A stretch of DNA of 64,000 bases from an uncultured Gammaproteobacteria bacterium (GTDB lineage Bacteria > Pseudomonadota > Gammaproteobacteria > Magnimaribacterales > D2472): positions 122-64,121 of the forward strand of contig CAZTGS010000004.1 in the NCBI GenBank assembly GCA_964613455.1, written 5' to 3'. The notes beneath the pieces are model-generated. The model did no database searches, was not told the DNA's origin, and worked only from the letters and a program-made list of their open reading frames with translations. This document shows, one piece after another, positions 29,465 through 38,046 of the stretch. Every line of letters starts with the position of its first letter. Within the stretch, counting starts at the first letter, position 1. Made by a program: the position numbers and the translations under genes.

Positions 29465-30535
29465 ATGTTTCTTAGACCTTTCATAGCTTCAATATTTTTT
29501 TTACTTTTAGCTAATCCTGTTTCTTCTAGTAATATTAATTCTATTTCTGCTTCTTTTGAAACGCCACAAGTTCCAGAGGATGGCAACGCAGATGATCCAG
29601 CCATTTGGCTTAATAAAAAAGCCCCAGAATCATCAATTATTTTTGGAACTGATAAATATAGAGGCATATATACATATAATTTAAAGGGTCAGACAATAGG
29701 TTTTTCAGAATCTGGTAGAGTAAATAATATCGATTTAAGATCTCTTAAAGATTTAAATATAAACAAATTTAAAACTTTCATTTTTGGATCAAATGGAACA
29801 AATAACTCCCTTGATCTCTGGATTTATTCAGATGATGTAATTCATCAATCCTCTCTAAATAATAGCTTTAGTTTGTCACAGATGCCTCAAATTTCAGTCA
29901 AAACCAATTTTCTTTCATACGGGGTTTGTGCAGGGTATGACAAAAAATTAGGGCTTATTGCTTTTGTAACTGAAGCTATGGGTTCAAGAGTTCAACTATG
30001 GCAATATTCAGACAATGCTCTTGCACTTATAAGTACTTTTAATAATGGTAATGCTTATGAATCAGAGGGCTGCGTATATGACGATGAAAATAGAACCTTA
30101 TTTATCTCCGAAGAGAATGAGAGAGGAGTTGTGAGAGCCTACAAGCTGAACAATGAACTTAGTTTTAATAAACCTATAATCATTGATACCAGAGAAGGAA
30201 ATATAACAGGGGACCCTGAGGGCCTTGCAATACTAAAGATTAATAAAAAAGATGGATATTTAATAGCATCTTCTCAAGGTAGTAGTACCTTTAATATTTA
30301 TCAAAGACATGCTCCATACAACTTCATAAATAAATTTTCAGTTACATCAAATAAAATAATAGATGGGGTTAGTGATACTGATGGTATAGATATTCTTAAT
30401 ACGTACCTAAATAAAGATTTCCCAAATGGAATAATAGTTGTTCAAGATGGAGAGAATACTGGAGAACAATACATTAGCAAAGAGAACTTTAAATATCTGT
30501 CCTTAAAAGATTTAATTATAAAATTAGACCTCTAG
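29465..30535 (+). CDS. beta-propeller phytase (single domain)
   Basis: signal peptide; ADDPAIW; GTDK; GRVNNIDLR; EGCVYDDE; DPEGLAI; SSQG; TDGID; QDGEN; NFK. Confidence 0.92.
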   Translation: MFLRPFIASIFFLLLANPVSSSNINSISASFETPQVPEDGNADDPAIWLNKKAPESSIIFGTDKYRGIYTYNLKGQTIGFSESGRVNNIDLRSLKDLNINKFKTFIFGSNGTNNSLDLWIYSDDVIHQSSLNNSFSLSQMPQISVKTNFLSYGVCAGYDKKLGLIAFVTEAMGSRVQLWQYSDNALALISTFNNGNAYESEGCVYDDENRTLFISEENERGVVRAYKLNNELSFNKPIIIDTREGNITGDPEGLAILKINKKDGYLIASSQGSSTFNIYQRHAPYNFINKFSVTSNKIIDGVSDTDGIDILNTYLNKDFPNGIIVVQDGENTGEQYISKENFKYLSLKDLIIKLDL

Positions 30536-31648
30536 CTTACCAATAAAATTTATTATATCTTTAGCTAAGATTTCAGGCCGTTCCAACGCAGCAAAATGGC
30601 CGCCATCGTATTCATTCCATTGAACAACCTTATAAATTTTTTCAGCCCAAATTCTTGGAGGAAGCATAATATCTCTTTTAAATATTGCCCCAGCCATTGG
30701 TTGAGATATATTGTTAAAAGAAAAACCAAAATCACCATTTTCTTTGTATAGTCTTGTTGAAGAGGTTATTGACTCTGTAAACCAATACAGAGAAATAATG
30801 CTCAAAATTTCATCATTTGAGACTACGAGTTTATTTTCTTCACCATCAAACCAACCATAAAATTTTTCTGTAATCCATGCAGCAAGACCTATGGGAGAGT
30901 CATTTAGACCATATCCTAGAGTTTGAGGTTTAGTTTTTTGTATTTCATAGTAACCAAAGCCTTGTGTTTTATATTTCTCATAGTTATTAATTAACTTTAA
31001 TTCATTGTCTGTAACGCCCTCCATTGGATTTTCTCCAGAGGGTGGGAAGGCTATTACTAAATTAAGATGAATACCAATACAGTTTTCTGGATACAATTCA
31101 GCCATCCACTTGCTGACTGTTGCACCCCAGTCACCCCCTTGTACAACATATTTTTTATAACCTAATTCAATCATTAGTTCATGCTGTATCTTTGCAATTT
31201 CCTCTGAATTCATCCCACTTTTTGTTGGTTTATCTGAAAAACCAAAACCTGGAAGAGATGGACATACTATATTTAATGGAACTGGTGATTGATTTTGTAA
31301 AATTGGAATAATCTTTAGAAACTCTTGAATACTTCCTGGCCATCCATGAGTTAACAACAAGGGGGTGCCGTCAGTCTTGTTTGATTTTGAATGAAGAAAA
31401 TGTATTTTCAATCCTGATTTAGATTTAAATTTATAACTTCCAATATCATTAAGTTTTTGCTCATGATGGCGCCAATTGAAATCATTTAGCCAATGCTCAG
31501 AAAGTTTTTTTAAAAAAGATAGACTGGTTCCATGCGACCAATTTTTATCATTAATTTCATCAGGCCATCTTGTTAGCTCTATTTTTTTCCTTAAATAATC
31601 AACTTTTTCGTTAGATACATGAATCTTAAATTCTTCAATCATGGGCAT
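30524..31648 (-). CDS. epoxide hydrolase (EHN + alpha/beta hydrolase)
   Basis: L..TRWP; DFNWR; HGWPGS; PSLPGFGFS; QGGDWG; GGHFAALE. Confidence 0.92.
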   Translation of the reverse strand: MPMIEEFKIHVSNEKVDYLRKKIELTRWPDEINDKNWSHGTSLSFLKKLSEHWLNDFNWRHHEQKLNDIGSYKFKSKSGLKIHFLHSKSNKTDGTPLLLTHGWPGSIQEFLKIIPILQNQSPVPLNIVCPSLPGFGFSDKPTKSGMNSEEIAKIQHELMIELGYKKYVVQGGDWGATVSKWMAELYPENCIGIHLNLVIAFPPSGENPMEGVTDNELKLINNYEKYKTQGFGYYEIQKTKPQTLGYGLNDSPIGLAAWITEKFYGWFDGEENKLVVSNDEILSIISLYWFTESITSSTRLYKENGDFGFSFNNISQPMAGAIFKRDIMLPPRIWAEKIYKVVQWNEYDGGHFAALERPEILAKDIINFIGKLEV

Positions 31649-31726
31649 TTCAATAATTAATAGTGTCTAACTATATGACAATCTTATAAATAAAGTAAAA
31701 TACACATCTTTTAATTAAAATTATTT

Positions 31727-32227
31727 ATGTTCGAAAAAGTTGAATTATATTTAAATACTAATGCAGAATATGCTTGGGTGATTATTTTATTATTTGCCTT
31801 TCTTGAAGCTTTTGTTTTATCTGGAGTTATTCTATCTAGCGCCATTTTATTCTCTATTTGCATTCTTATTTACAACACAGAATTACTATCTATTGTTTAT
31901 ATTGTTCCAGTTGCAATTCTTGGTGCTCATTTGGGCGATATGAGTAGTTTCTTATTTGGTAAAACCATTGGCCCACAATTATTATCAACAAAAGTGATGA
32001 TTAAACGTCAAAAAATGATACTAAGGGCTCAAAAATTTTTAGATAAAACTGGTTCTTTTACTGTAATACTTGGAAGATTTATACCAGCACTTAGACCAAT
32101 AGTTCCATTTTTGCTTGGAATTTCTGATCTAAAGGTTGTAAGATTTTACATAGCCGACCTCATTGCATGTGTATGCTGGGGAATTGCATTAGGATTTTTA
32201 GTTACAGGAGTGGGCTCCTTATTTTAG
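31727..32227 (+). CDS. dedA: DedA/SNARE-associated membrane protein
   Basis: GA.LGD..SF..G; GRFIP.LR..VPF..G. Confidence 0.85.
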   Translation: MFEKVELYLNTNAEYAWVIILLFAFLEAFVLSGVILSSAILFSICILIYNTELLSIVYIVPVAILGAHLGDMSSFLFGKTIGPQLLSTKVMIKRQKMILRAQKFLDKTGSFTVILGRFIPALRPIVPFLLGISDLKVVRFYIADLIACVCWGIALGFLVTGVGSLF

Positions 32228-32238
32228 GATAATTTAGT

Positions 32239-32424
32239 ATGTTAAGCATTTTTATATTAGTAGTGAGCACAATTGCAGTAGCATATCTTTTGGCGCAACT
32301 TGTTAAGGCAGGAAGGCAGGGAAGGTTGTTACAAACTTTAAGAGATCTACTTATTGTTACATTAGCAATACTAATGACCGCAGCAATCTTTTATATTGGA
32401 TTTAGAGTTTTTCGATCTTTCTAA
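32239..32424 (+). CDS. small 2-TM membrane protein
   Basis: 61-aa hydrophobic ORF filling the gap between dedA and hinT. Confidence 0.55.
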   Translation: MLSIFILVVSTIAVAYLLAQLVKAGRQGRLLQTLRDLLIVTLAILMTAAIFYIGFRVFRSF

Positions 32425-32430
32425 GTATTT

Positions 32431-32772
32431 ATGACCGAAACATTATTTGAAAAAATTATAAATAGAGATATACCAGCAGATATTGTCTATGAAGATGATT
32501 TATCTATTGTAATAAAAGATATCCAGCCACAAGCTCCAACTCATTTATTGATTATCCCCAAAAAAGTACTTTCAAAACTATCGGACGCTACTATTGTTGA
32601 CGAAAAAGTTCTTGGTCATTTGATGTTGGTTGCAGGTAAGGTAGCTGATCAGCTAGGCCTAGACGACACCTTTAGAATTGTAATTAATAATGGAGCAAAA
32701 GCAGGTCAAAGCGTATTTCATCTTCACCTACATTTGCTCTCTGGCAGATCTCTTAGTTGGCCTCCAGGCTAG
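32431..32772 (+). CDS. hinT: histidine triad nucleotide-binding protein
   Basis: LFEKII..IPA; DIQPQAPTH.L.IPK; GQSVFHLHLH.L.GR. Confidence 0.93.
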   Translation: MTETLFEKIINRDIPADIVYEDDLSIVIKDIQPQAPTHLLIIPKKVLSKLSDATIVDEKVLGHLMLVAGKVADQLGLDDTFRIVINNGAKAGQSVFHLHLHLLSGRSLSWPPG

Positions 32773-32867
32773 TAAAATAAATAAGCCCCCAAGCCTAATA
32801 AAAATACTATTAATCCTATACCAACAACAAAGTATCCACCTTGTTTAATAGTTGTACTATCGTCCAT
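32769..32867 (-). CDS. 32-aa single-TM small protein MDDSTTIKQGGYFVVGIGLIVFLLGLGAYLFY (not in ORF track)
   Basis: strong GGAGG SD 7 nt upstream of ATG; stop overlaps the hinT stop (CTAG). Confidence 0.65.
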   Translation of the reverse strand: MDDSTTIKQGGYFVVGIGLIVFLLGLGAYLFY

Positions 32868-32961
32868 AATTTCTCCTCCCTATAAAAAATATATCAAAAA
32901 TTTATGCATTTACAAGACAATTTTTCATATAAACTGTCCAAAACCTAATTAAAATTTTTAA

Positions 32962-34230
32962 TTGAATACTTCAACTAACAAAACATTTACAAAAAATGTA
33001 AAGTCCTGGATTGCTTATGATGTTGGTAATTCAGCTTTTGCTACAACTGTAGTCGCTGGATTTTTTCCTGTTTTCTACCTTCAATATTGGGCCATCGATA
33101 GTGGTATTGATATGGCACAAGCTACCGTATATAAATCTTGGGCATTAGCACTTTGCAACACCCTTGTATTATTTACAGCACCATTAATTGGAGCTATAAC
33201 AGATATAAATAATTCAACAAAAAAATCTCTTGTTTTTTTTACTGTTGTTGCAGCCTTTTTTGTCTCTTTACTTTCAACTCTAAATTCAGGCTCATGGATA
33301 TATGCATTAGCCTTCTTTTGTATAGCTAATTATTGTTTTTCTGTTGCCCAAATACCTTATGATAAAATTCTAACCAAGATTACGTCTGAGGATAAATTAT
33401 CAATAGTCTCCAACCAAGGCTACGCTTGGGGTTACTTGGGTGGTGGGTTTCTATTTTTAGTTAACGCCAGCATGTTTTTATTTTGGGAGAAAATAGGTTT
33501 AAATTCATCCGAAGATGCTATAAAAATTTCATTTTTAATGGTCTCTATTTGGTGGTGTATCTTTACGTTACCAATTCAAAAGAATTTTTTAGAAAAAGTA
33601 AAACCATATAAAAAAACCTTACTAGTAAGAGATGCATTTAAAAATATAGTTCATACCATCAAATCAATATCAAGGTATAAGAATGCATCTATATTTCTCT
33701 TAGCTTTCTTTTTATATATAGATGGCGCCCATACTGTTATTTATCTTGCAGCTGACTTTGCACTCAATGTAAATCTAAAAGCTACAGATGTAATTCCAGC
33801 ATTGATCTTGGTTCAGTTTGTAGCTTTTCCAGCAACACTTTTATGGGGGTTTATTGCCGATAAATATGGAGATAAGTTAGTTTTATATATTACTATTGTT
33901 TCCTACATTTTTATTATTGGGTTTAGTACAACACTATCATCCGCTTTGGAGTTTTATATTATGGCTGCCATGGTAGGTAGTGTGCAAGGCGGCATACAAG
34001 GAAGTTCAAGAGGTTTATTTGGTAAATTAATTCCTGAAGAGAAAGCAGGTGAATTTTTCGGTCTATATAACGTTCTCGGAAGAGCTGGTGCAATCTTTGG
34101 TCCTTTAATTGTTGGAACATTGTTAACAATATATGGGGATGTAAGAATTGCTTTATTCCCATTAATAATTTTATTTATTCTCGGAGGACTTCTCTTAATG
34201 AAAGTTAAAGTTAATAATGAAACTTTTTAG
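32962..34230 (+). CDS. MFS transporter (UMF1/Atg22-like)
   Basis: W..YD.GNSAF; GAITD; S..GY..GY.GG; FLY.DG; EFFGLY; about 12 TM. Confidence 0.85.
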   Translation: MNTSTNKTFTKNVKSWIAYDVGNSAFATTVVAGFFPVFYLQYWAIDSGIDMAQATVYKSWALALCNTLVLFTAPLIGAITDINNSTKKSLVFFTVVAAFFVSLLSTLNSGSWIYALAFFCIANYCFSVAQIPYDKILTKITSEDKLSIVSNQGYAWGYLGGGFLFLVNASMFLFWEKIGLNSSEDAIKISFLMVSIWWCIFTLPIQKNFLEKVKPYKKTLLVRDAFKNIVHTIKSISRYKNASIFLLAFFLYIDGAHTVIYLAADFALNVNLKATDVIPALILVQFVAFPATLLWGFIADKYGDKLVLYITIVSYIFIIGFSTTLSSALEFYIMAAMVGSVQGGIQGSSRGLFGKLIPEEKAGEFFGLYNVLGRAGAIFGPLIVGTLLTIYGDVRIALFPLIILFILGGLLLMKVKVNNETF

Positions 34231-34408
34231 TAAAGAATCAATAATTTTTTATAGTATTTTAGGAGCAATAACTGGTTTATTTTTGGCTCCTTTTATAAGA
34301 AGCCTAATGGATTTATCTACCCCACTAGAGTTATTAATAACCACTTCGATTATTATTCCAATATATATTCTTGCAAAAAGAATTTTAATAAAATTTATTA
34401 TTAAATAA
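34217..34408 (+). CDS. small 2-TM membrane protein
   Basis: 63-aa hydrophobic ORF overlapping the MFS stop. Confidence 0.55.
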   Translation: MKLFSKESIIFYSILGAITGLFLAPFIRSLMDLSTPLELLITTSIIIPIYILAKRILIKFIIK

Positions 34409-35140
34409 CTAGCTCTCTAATAATTTAAAAAGTGATTTTGGCTTATCTGTAATTATTCCATCTACATTTAAATCGATTAGCTTTTCAAAAGTTTTAATGT
34501 CATTAATTGTCCAGACCATTATTTTTAGATTTTTACTGTGAATAAAATTAATAAATCTTTTAGTAACTACCTTAATACCATACCAATACATAGGAACTTG
34601 CAGGCAATCTCCTGATATTTCTTTTTTATAAAGACCAAAACTAGATAACAAAAGCTTAATAACTTCCATTGGACCCATCGATAAACAAATCTCAGGATAA
34701 TCAGAATTTACCTGTTTCAATCTCTCACTATTAAAGCTAGCAATACAAACCCTATGCGTAGCATTATTTTCCTTTATTACCTTTAATGCAGGTTTTGCAA
34801 CTAAATCAGTTTTAAGATCGATCTGAAAATATAAATCTGGAAATAAATTTAATACACTTTCAAGTGTTGGTATGTGGTGATTATCAAATAGTTTTAGTTC
34901 GTCTATCTCAGAAGAGCTCAGGGAGCTAAAGATAATATCACTGCCTAACAACCTTTTAATAGATTCATCATGAAATATATAAGGAATGCCATCAGCTGAA
35001 ACCTGAACATCAGTTTCAATAAATTTACAGCCTATAGATTGAGAATAGGTAAATGACTCAATTGTGTTTTCAAAGGATTCAAGTGATCCGCCTCTATGTG
35101 CAAGTACTGCCATCCCTGAATAGTCTAGATAAGTCTTCAT
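34409..35140 (-). CDS. glycerophosphodiester phosphodiesterase
   Basis: AHRGG; ENT..SF; IETDV..S.DG....FHD; WTIND; DGIITD.P. Confidence 0.93.
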   Translation of the reverse strand: MKTYLDYSGMAVLAHRGGSLESFENTIESFTYSQSIGCKFIETDVQVSADGIPYIFHDESIKRLLGSDIIFSSLSSSEIDELKLFDNHHIPTLESVLNLFPDLYFQIDLKTDLVAKPALKVIKENNATHRVCIASFNSERLKQVNSDYPEICLSMGPMEVIKLLLSSFGLYKKEISGDCLQVPMYWYGIKVVTKRFINFIHSKNLKIMVWTINDIKTFEKLIDLNVDGIITDKPKSLFKLLES

Positions 35141-35205
35141 GGGTCGTTATTGTATACATTATTGAGGTAAAATGAATCTTATCCAATTTAGAACTTTAAA
35201 AATTT

Positions 35206-36315
35206 GTGAATAAATTTGACTCTATAAGACCCTATAAAGACCATGAGGTTAATGAGGTATTAAAAAACCTTTGTCGCAATAAGGAGTTAATAAAAGTTCT
35301 TTTAGCATCAAACAAATATCCCTTTATCGCAAAACTACCTTTATCTAAAAAGATTATTTCATTAATTCTTATCAATAAAGTAAAAAATATCTCATCTATA
35401 TCTGAGTATCAAAATATATTTGAAGGCATTGTTTCCAATGTTGTAGATAACTCAATTGATAAATTTACTGTATCTGGTCTAGAAAACTTAAATAAAAATA
35501 AGTCTTATTTATTTATATCAAATCATAGAGATATAACTTTAGATTCAGCATTACTAAACCTCACACTTCATAGAAATAATTTTAAAACAACTAACAATGC
35601 TGTTGGCAACAATCTAATGAATGAAAAATGGGCATCAGATTTAATGAGGCTTAATAAAAGTTTTATTATTGATAGGAGTGATAAATCAAAAAAAGATATT
35701 TATAAAAGCCTTCATTTGGCTTCTGAATTTATATTCAATTGTATTTCCAATGAAAATGAATCCATATGGATTGCTCAAAAACAAGGAAGGTCTAAAGACG
35801 GTCTAGACTATACAGATCCATCAGTTCTTAAGATGATTCATTTAAATTCGCGTAAAACTTCGAAAGTTCATGAGTACTTTAATGAGCTTTCAGTCATACC
35901 AGTTTCAATTTCATATGAAAAAGATCCAAATGATCTCTTGAAAGCAAAGGAGCTATACCTAACTTCTCTAAATAATGTTTATGAAAAAGAACCAAGAGAG
36001 GATTTGCAGAGCATTGCAGATGGAATTTCTGGACAGAAAGGGAATGTTCATTTGTCTATAGGATCTGAAATCAACTTTATTAATGATAGCTATGAAGATG
36101 CTGCCATTGAAATTACAAATAAAATTAAGTTTTTGTATAAGATTCATGCAACAAATGAAGCAGCCTGTATTATGCAGGGAATTCCTATAAAGCAATCAGA
36201 ATTTGCTGATGAAGATATAGATCTAGCTATGGAGTATTTAAAAGAAAGAATGCATATCATTCAAGACGACATGCAGCCCTTCTTTTTAAATCAATATAGC
36301 AATCCAGTTTTATAG
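35206..36315 (+). CDS. glycerol-3-phosphate/lysophospholipid acyltransferase (PlsB/PlsC-like)
   Basis: ISNHRDITLD HX4D motif; WIAQ.QGRSKDG; IPVSISYE.DP.D. Confidence 0.85.
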   Translation: MNKFDSIRPYKDHEVNEVLKNLCRNKELIKVLLASNKYPFIAKLPLSKKIISLILINKVKNISSISEYQNIFEGIVSNVVDNSIDKFTVSGLENLNKNKSYLFISNHRDITLDSALLNLTLHRNNFKTTNNAVGNNLMNEKWASDLMRLNKSFIIDRSDKSKKDIYKSLHLASEFIFNCISNENESIWIAQKQGRSKDGLDYTDPSVLKMIHLNSRKTSKVHEYFNELSVIPVSISYEKDPNDLLKAKELYLTSLNNVYEKEPREDLQSIADGISGQKGNVHLSIGSEINFINDSYEDAAIEITNKIKFLYKIHATNEAACIMQGIPIKQSEFADEDIDLAMEYLKERMHIIQDDMQPFFLNQYSNPVL

Positions 36316-37590
36316 GCTATAGCCTTGTTCGTTATGCTCACTCATATCTAGTCCTATTTCTTCATCTTCGAGAGAAACTCTAATCTCTGTAAATATATTT
36401 ATTACTTTCAAAGTAATAAATGTAGCAATTGCTGTCCATGAACAAATTATAAATATGCCATAAATCTGAATTTTGAGTTGTGCTATTACACCATCTTCAG
36501 AAATTCCAGCAGATCCAGATCCCAAGAATCCATCTGGGCTTCCAACAAAACAAAGCATAATAATTCCAAGCATTCCGCCAACACCATGAACTGGGAATAC
36601 GTCTAAGGAATCGTCAATTTTAAAGTAAGATTTAAGAATCTGAGTAGCATAAAAGCAAACAATACCAGCCATAAATCCTATTAACATTGCTCCGGCCGGA
36701 CCGACTGTTCCAGAAGCTGGAGTAATAGTGGCTAAACCAGCCACCATTCCAGTAGCTATTCCAATAATCGTTGATCTTCCTGATTTAATCCATTCAATAG
36801 CCATCCAGGTCAAAGCTCCTGCAGCAGCACTAATATGAGTAACGAGCATAGCCATTCCAGCAGATCCGTCTGCAGCAACAGCACTTCCTGCATTAAAGCC
36901 AAACCAACCAACCCATAGCATTGAAGCGCCAATCATAACCATAGTTCTATTGTGAGGAGGCATTGGAGATTTCATAAAGTTATTTCTTTGTCCCAGATAA
37001 ATAGCTGTAACCAAAGCGCCAACTCCACATGTAGCATGAACGACTAGTCCTCCAGCAAAGTCAATAACTCCCATATCTGCTAGATAACCTCCACCCCAAA
37101 CCATATGGCATGCTGGTAAATACACTAAAGTGAACCAAATCACAGAAAAGAGGCACATAGCACCAAATTTCATTCGCTCAGCAAAGGCGCCAACAACTAA
37201 AGCGGGAGTAATAATTGCAAATGTCATTTGGAAGGTAATAAAAACAGTTTCAGGCAAAGTTCCACTTAAAGAATCTCTGCCAACACCGTTAAGAAATAGG
37301 GCGCTAAGGTCTCCAATAAATAATCCATCTCCCTTAAAGGCTAAACTGTATCCATAAATAACCCAGCAAATAGATATCAAGCATGCTATTGCAAAACATT
37401 GCATTAGAACTGAGAGTACATTTTTTGATCTTACAAGACCGCCATAAAAAAGGGCGAGTCCGGGTAGTGTCATAAATAGTACTAGTGCAGTAGCTGTAAG
37501 TATCCATGATGTATCACCTGAATTTAACTCACTTGCATATGCCTGAGGAATAAAAAATAAGAATCCACACAATAAAAATTTAAATAACAT
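36310..37590 (-). CDS. amtB: ammonium transporter Amt (AmtB-type)
   Basis: TLPGLALFYGG; FQMTFA; DFAGG.VVH; WFGFN; DDSLDVF.VHG; start moved to ATG 37590 (AGGGA RBS), downstream of the sigma-54 promoter. Confidence 0.95.
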   Translation of the reverse strand: MLFKFLLCGFLFFIPQAYASELNSGDTSWILTATALVLFMTLPGLALFYGGLVRSKNVLSVLMQCFAIACLISICWVIYGYSLAFKGDGLFIGDLSALFLNGVGRDSLSGTLPETVFITFQMTFAIITPALVVGAFAERMKFGAMCLFSVIWFTLVYLPACHMVWGGGYLADMGVIDFAGGLVVHATCGVGALVTAIYLGQRNNFMKSPMPPHNRTMVMIGASMLWVGWFGFNAGSAVAADGSAGMAMLVTHISAAAGALTWMAIEWIKSGRSTIIGIATGMVAGLATITPASGTVGPAGAMLIGFMAGIVCFYATQILKSYFKIDDSLDVFPVHGVGGMLGIIMLCFVGSPDGFLGSGSAGISEDGVIAQLKIQIYGIFIICSWTAIATFITLKVINIFTEIRVSLEDEEIGLDMSEHNEQGYSL

Positions 37591-37625
37591 AATATTTTTC
37601 CCTAATAGTTGTTTGTTTATATACA

Positions 37626-37642
37626 TGCAATTTATATGCCAA
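37626..37642 (-). promoter_or_regulatory. sigma-54 (-24/-12) promoter of first amt
   Basis: minus strand TTGGCATATAAATTGCA matches TGGCAC-N5-TTGCA spacing; NtrC-like half-site GGTGCA at 37700-37705. Confidence 0.75.
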
Positions 37643-37715
37643 AAAAAGTAGTAAAAAATTGGATTATATGAGTTAAAACGATATTAATTATTCAAAAAAG
37701 GTGCAAACAAAACAA

Positions 37716-37898
37716 TTAACAATCAGGATCTTTAAAAGGTTCTCTGAGCTCAGGGAATTCGCTGAGGTATCTTCTTATAATATGAATATTCTTATTATCC
37801 TTTATTAGTTCTTGAAAAAGTTCTTGTAAAGGTAAGATATTTGAGATCGAGATATCTCTTTTGATTTCAGCTACAACTTCATCGATTAAATTTTTCAT
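37716..37898 (-). CDS. hypothetical protein (60 aa)
   Basis: MKNLIDEVVAEIKRDIS...; ORF-track extension to 37991 runs through the hairpins and was discarded. Confidence 0.55.
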   Translation of the reverse strand: MKNLIDEVVAEIKRDISISNILPLQELFQELIKDNKNIHIIRRYLSEFPELREPFKDPDC

Positions 37899-37913
37899 TA
37901 TATTATTTACTAT

Positions 37914-38012
37914 AAAAAAAAGAGCTGCTTTAAAATATGGGGGGGGGAGAAGCAGCTCTTTTAGTTTAAAAAAGAAAGAGCTGTTTAACATTAGGGGGTA
38001 AACAGCTCTTTC
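37914..38012 (-). terminator. tandem pair of related stem-loops (double terminator) with C-rich loops
   Basis: 13-bp stem AAAAGAGCTGCTT/AAGCAGCTCTTTT (37918-37962) and 14-bp stem GAAAGAGCTGTTTA/TAAACAGCTCTTTC (37974-38012), each followed by a U tract on the minus strand. Confidence 0.75.
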
Positions 38013-38046
38013 GGTCTTTATAGATCACGCACACGTAATCTACAAA

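Noticed and set aside
32909-32940. Pho-box-like heptamers upstream of the MFS gene
   Set aside because: spacing of 12-13 bp does not fit the 11-bp period; expected by chance in AT-rich DNA
37899-37991. N-terminal extension of the 91-aa ORF including a G9/C9 run (possible phase variation)
   Set aside because: the extension runs through terminator stems; the homopolymer is in a hairpin loop, not in a credible CDS or -35/-10 spacer
37914-38012. CRISPR-like or REP-like repeat
   Set aside because: only two imperfect palindromic units, no spacer array, no cas genes, no other copies noticed in the window
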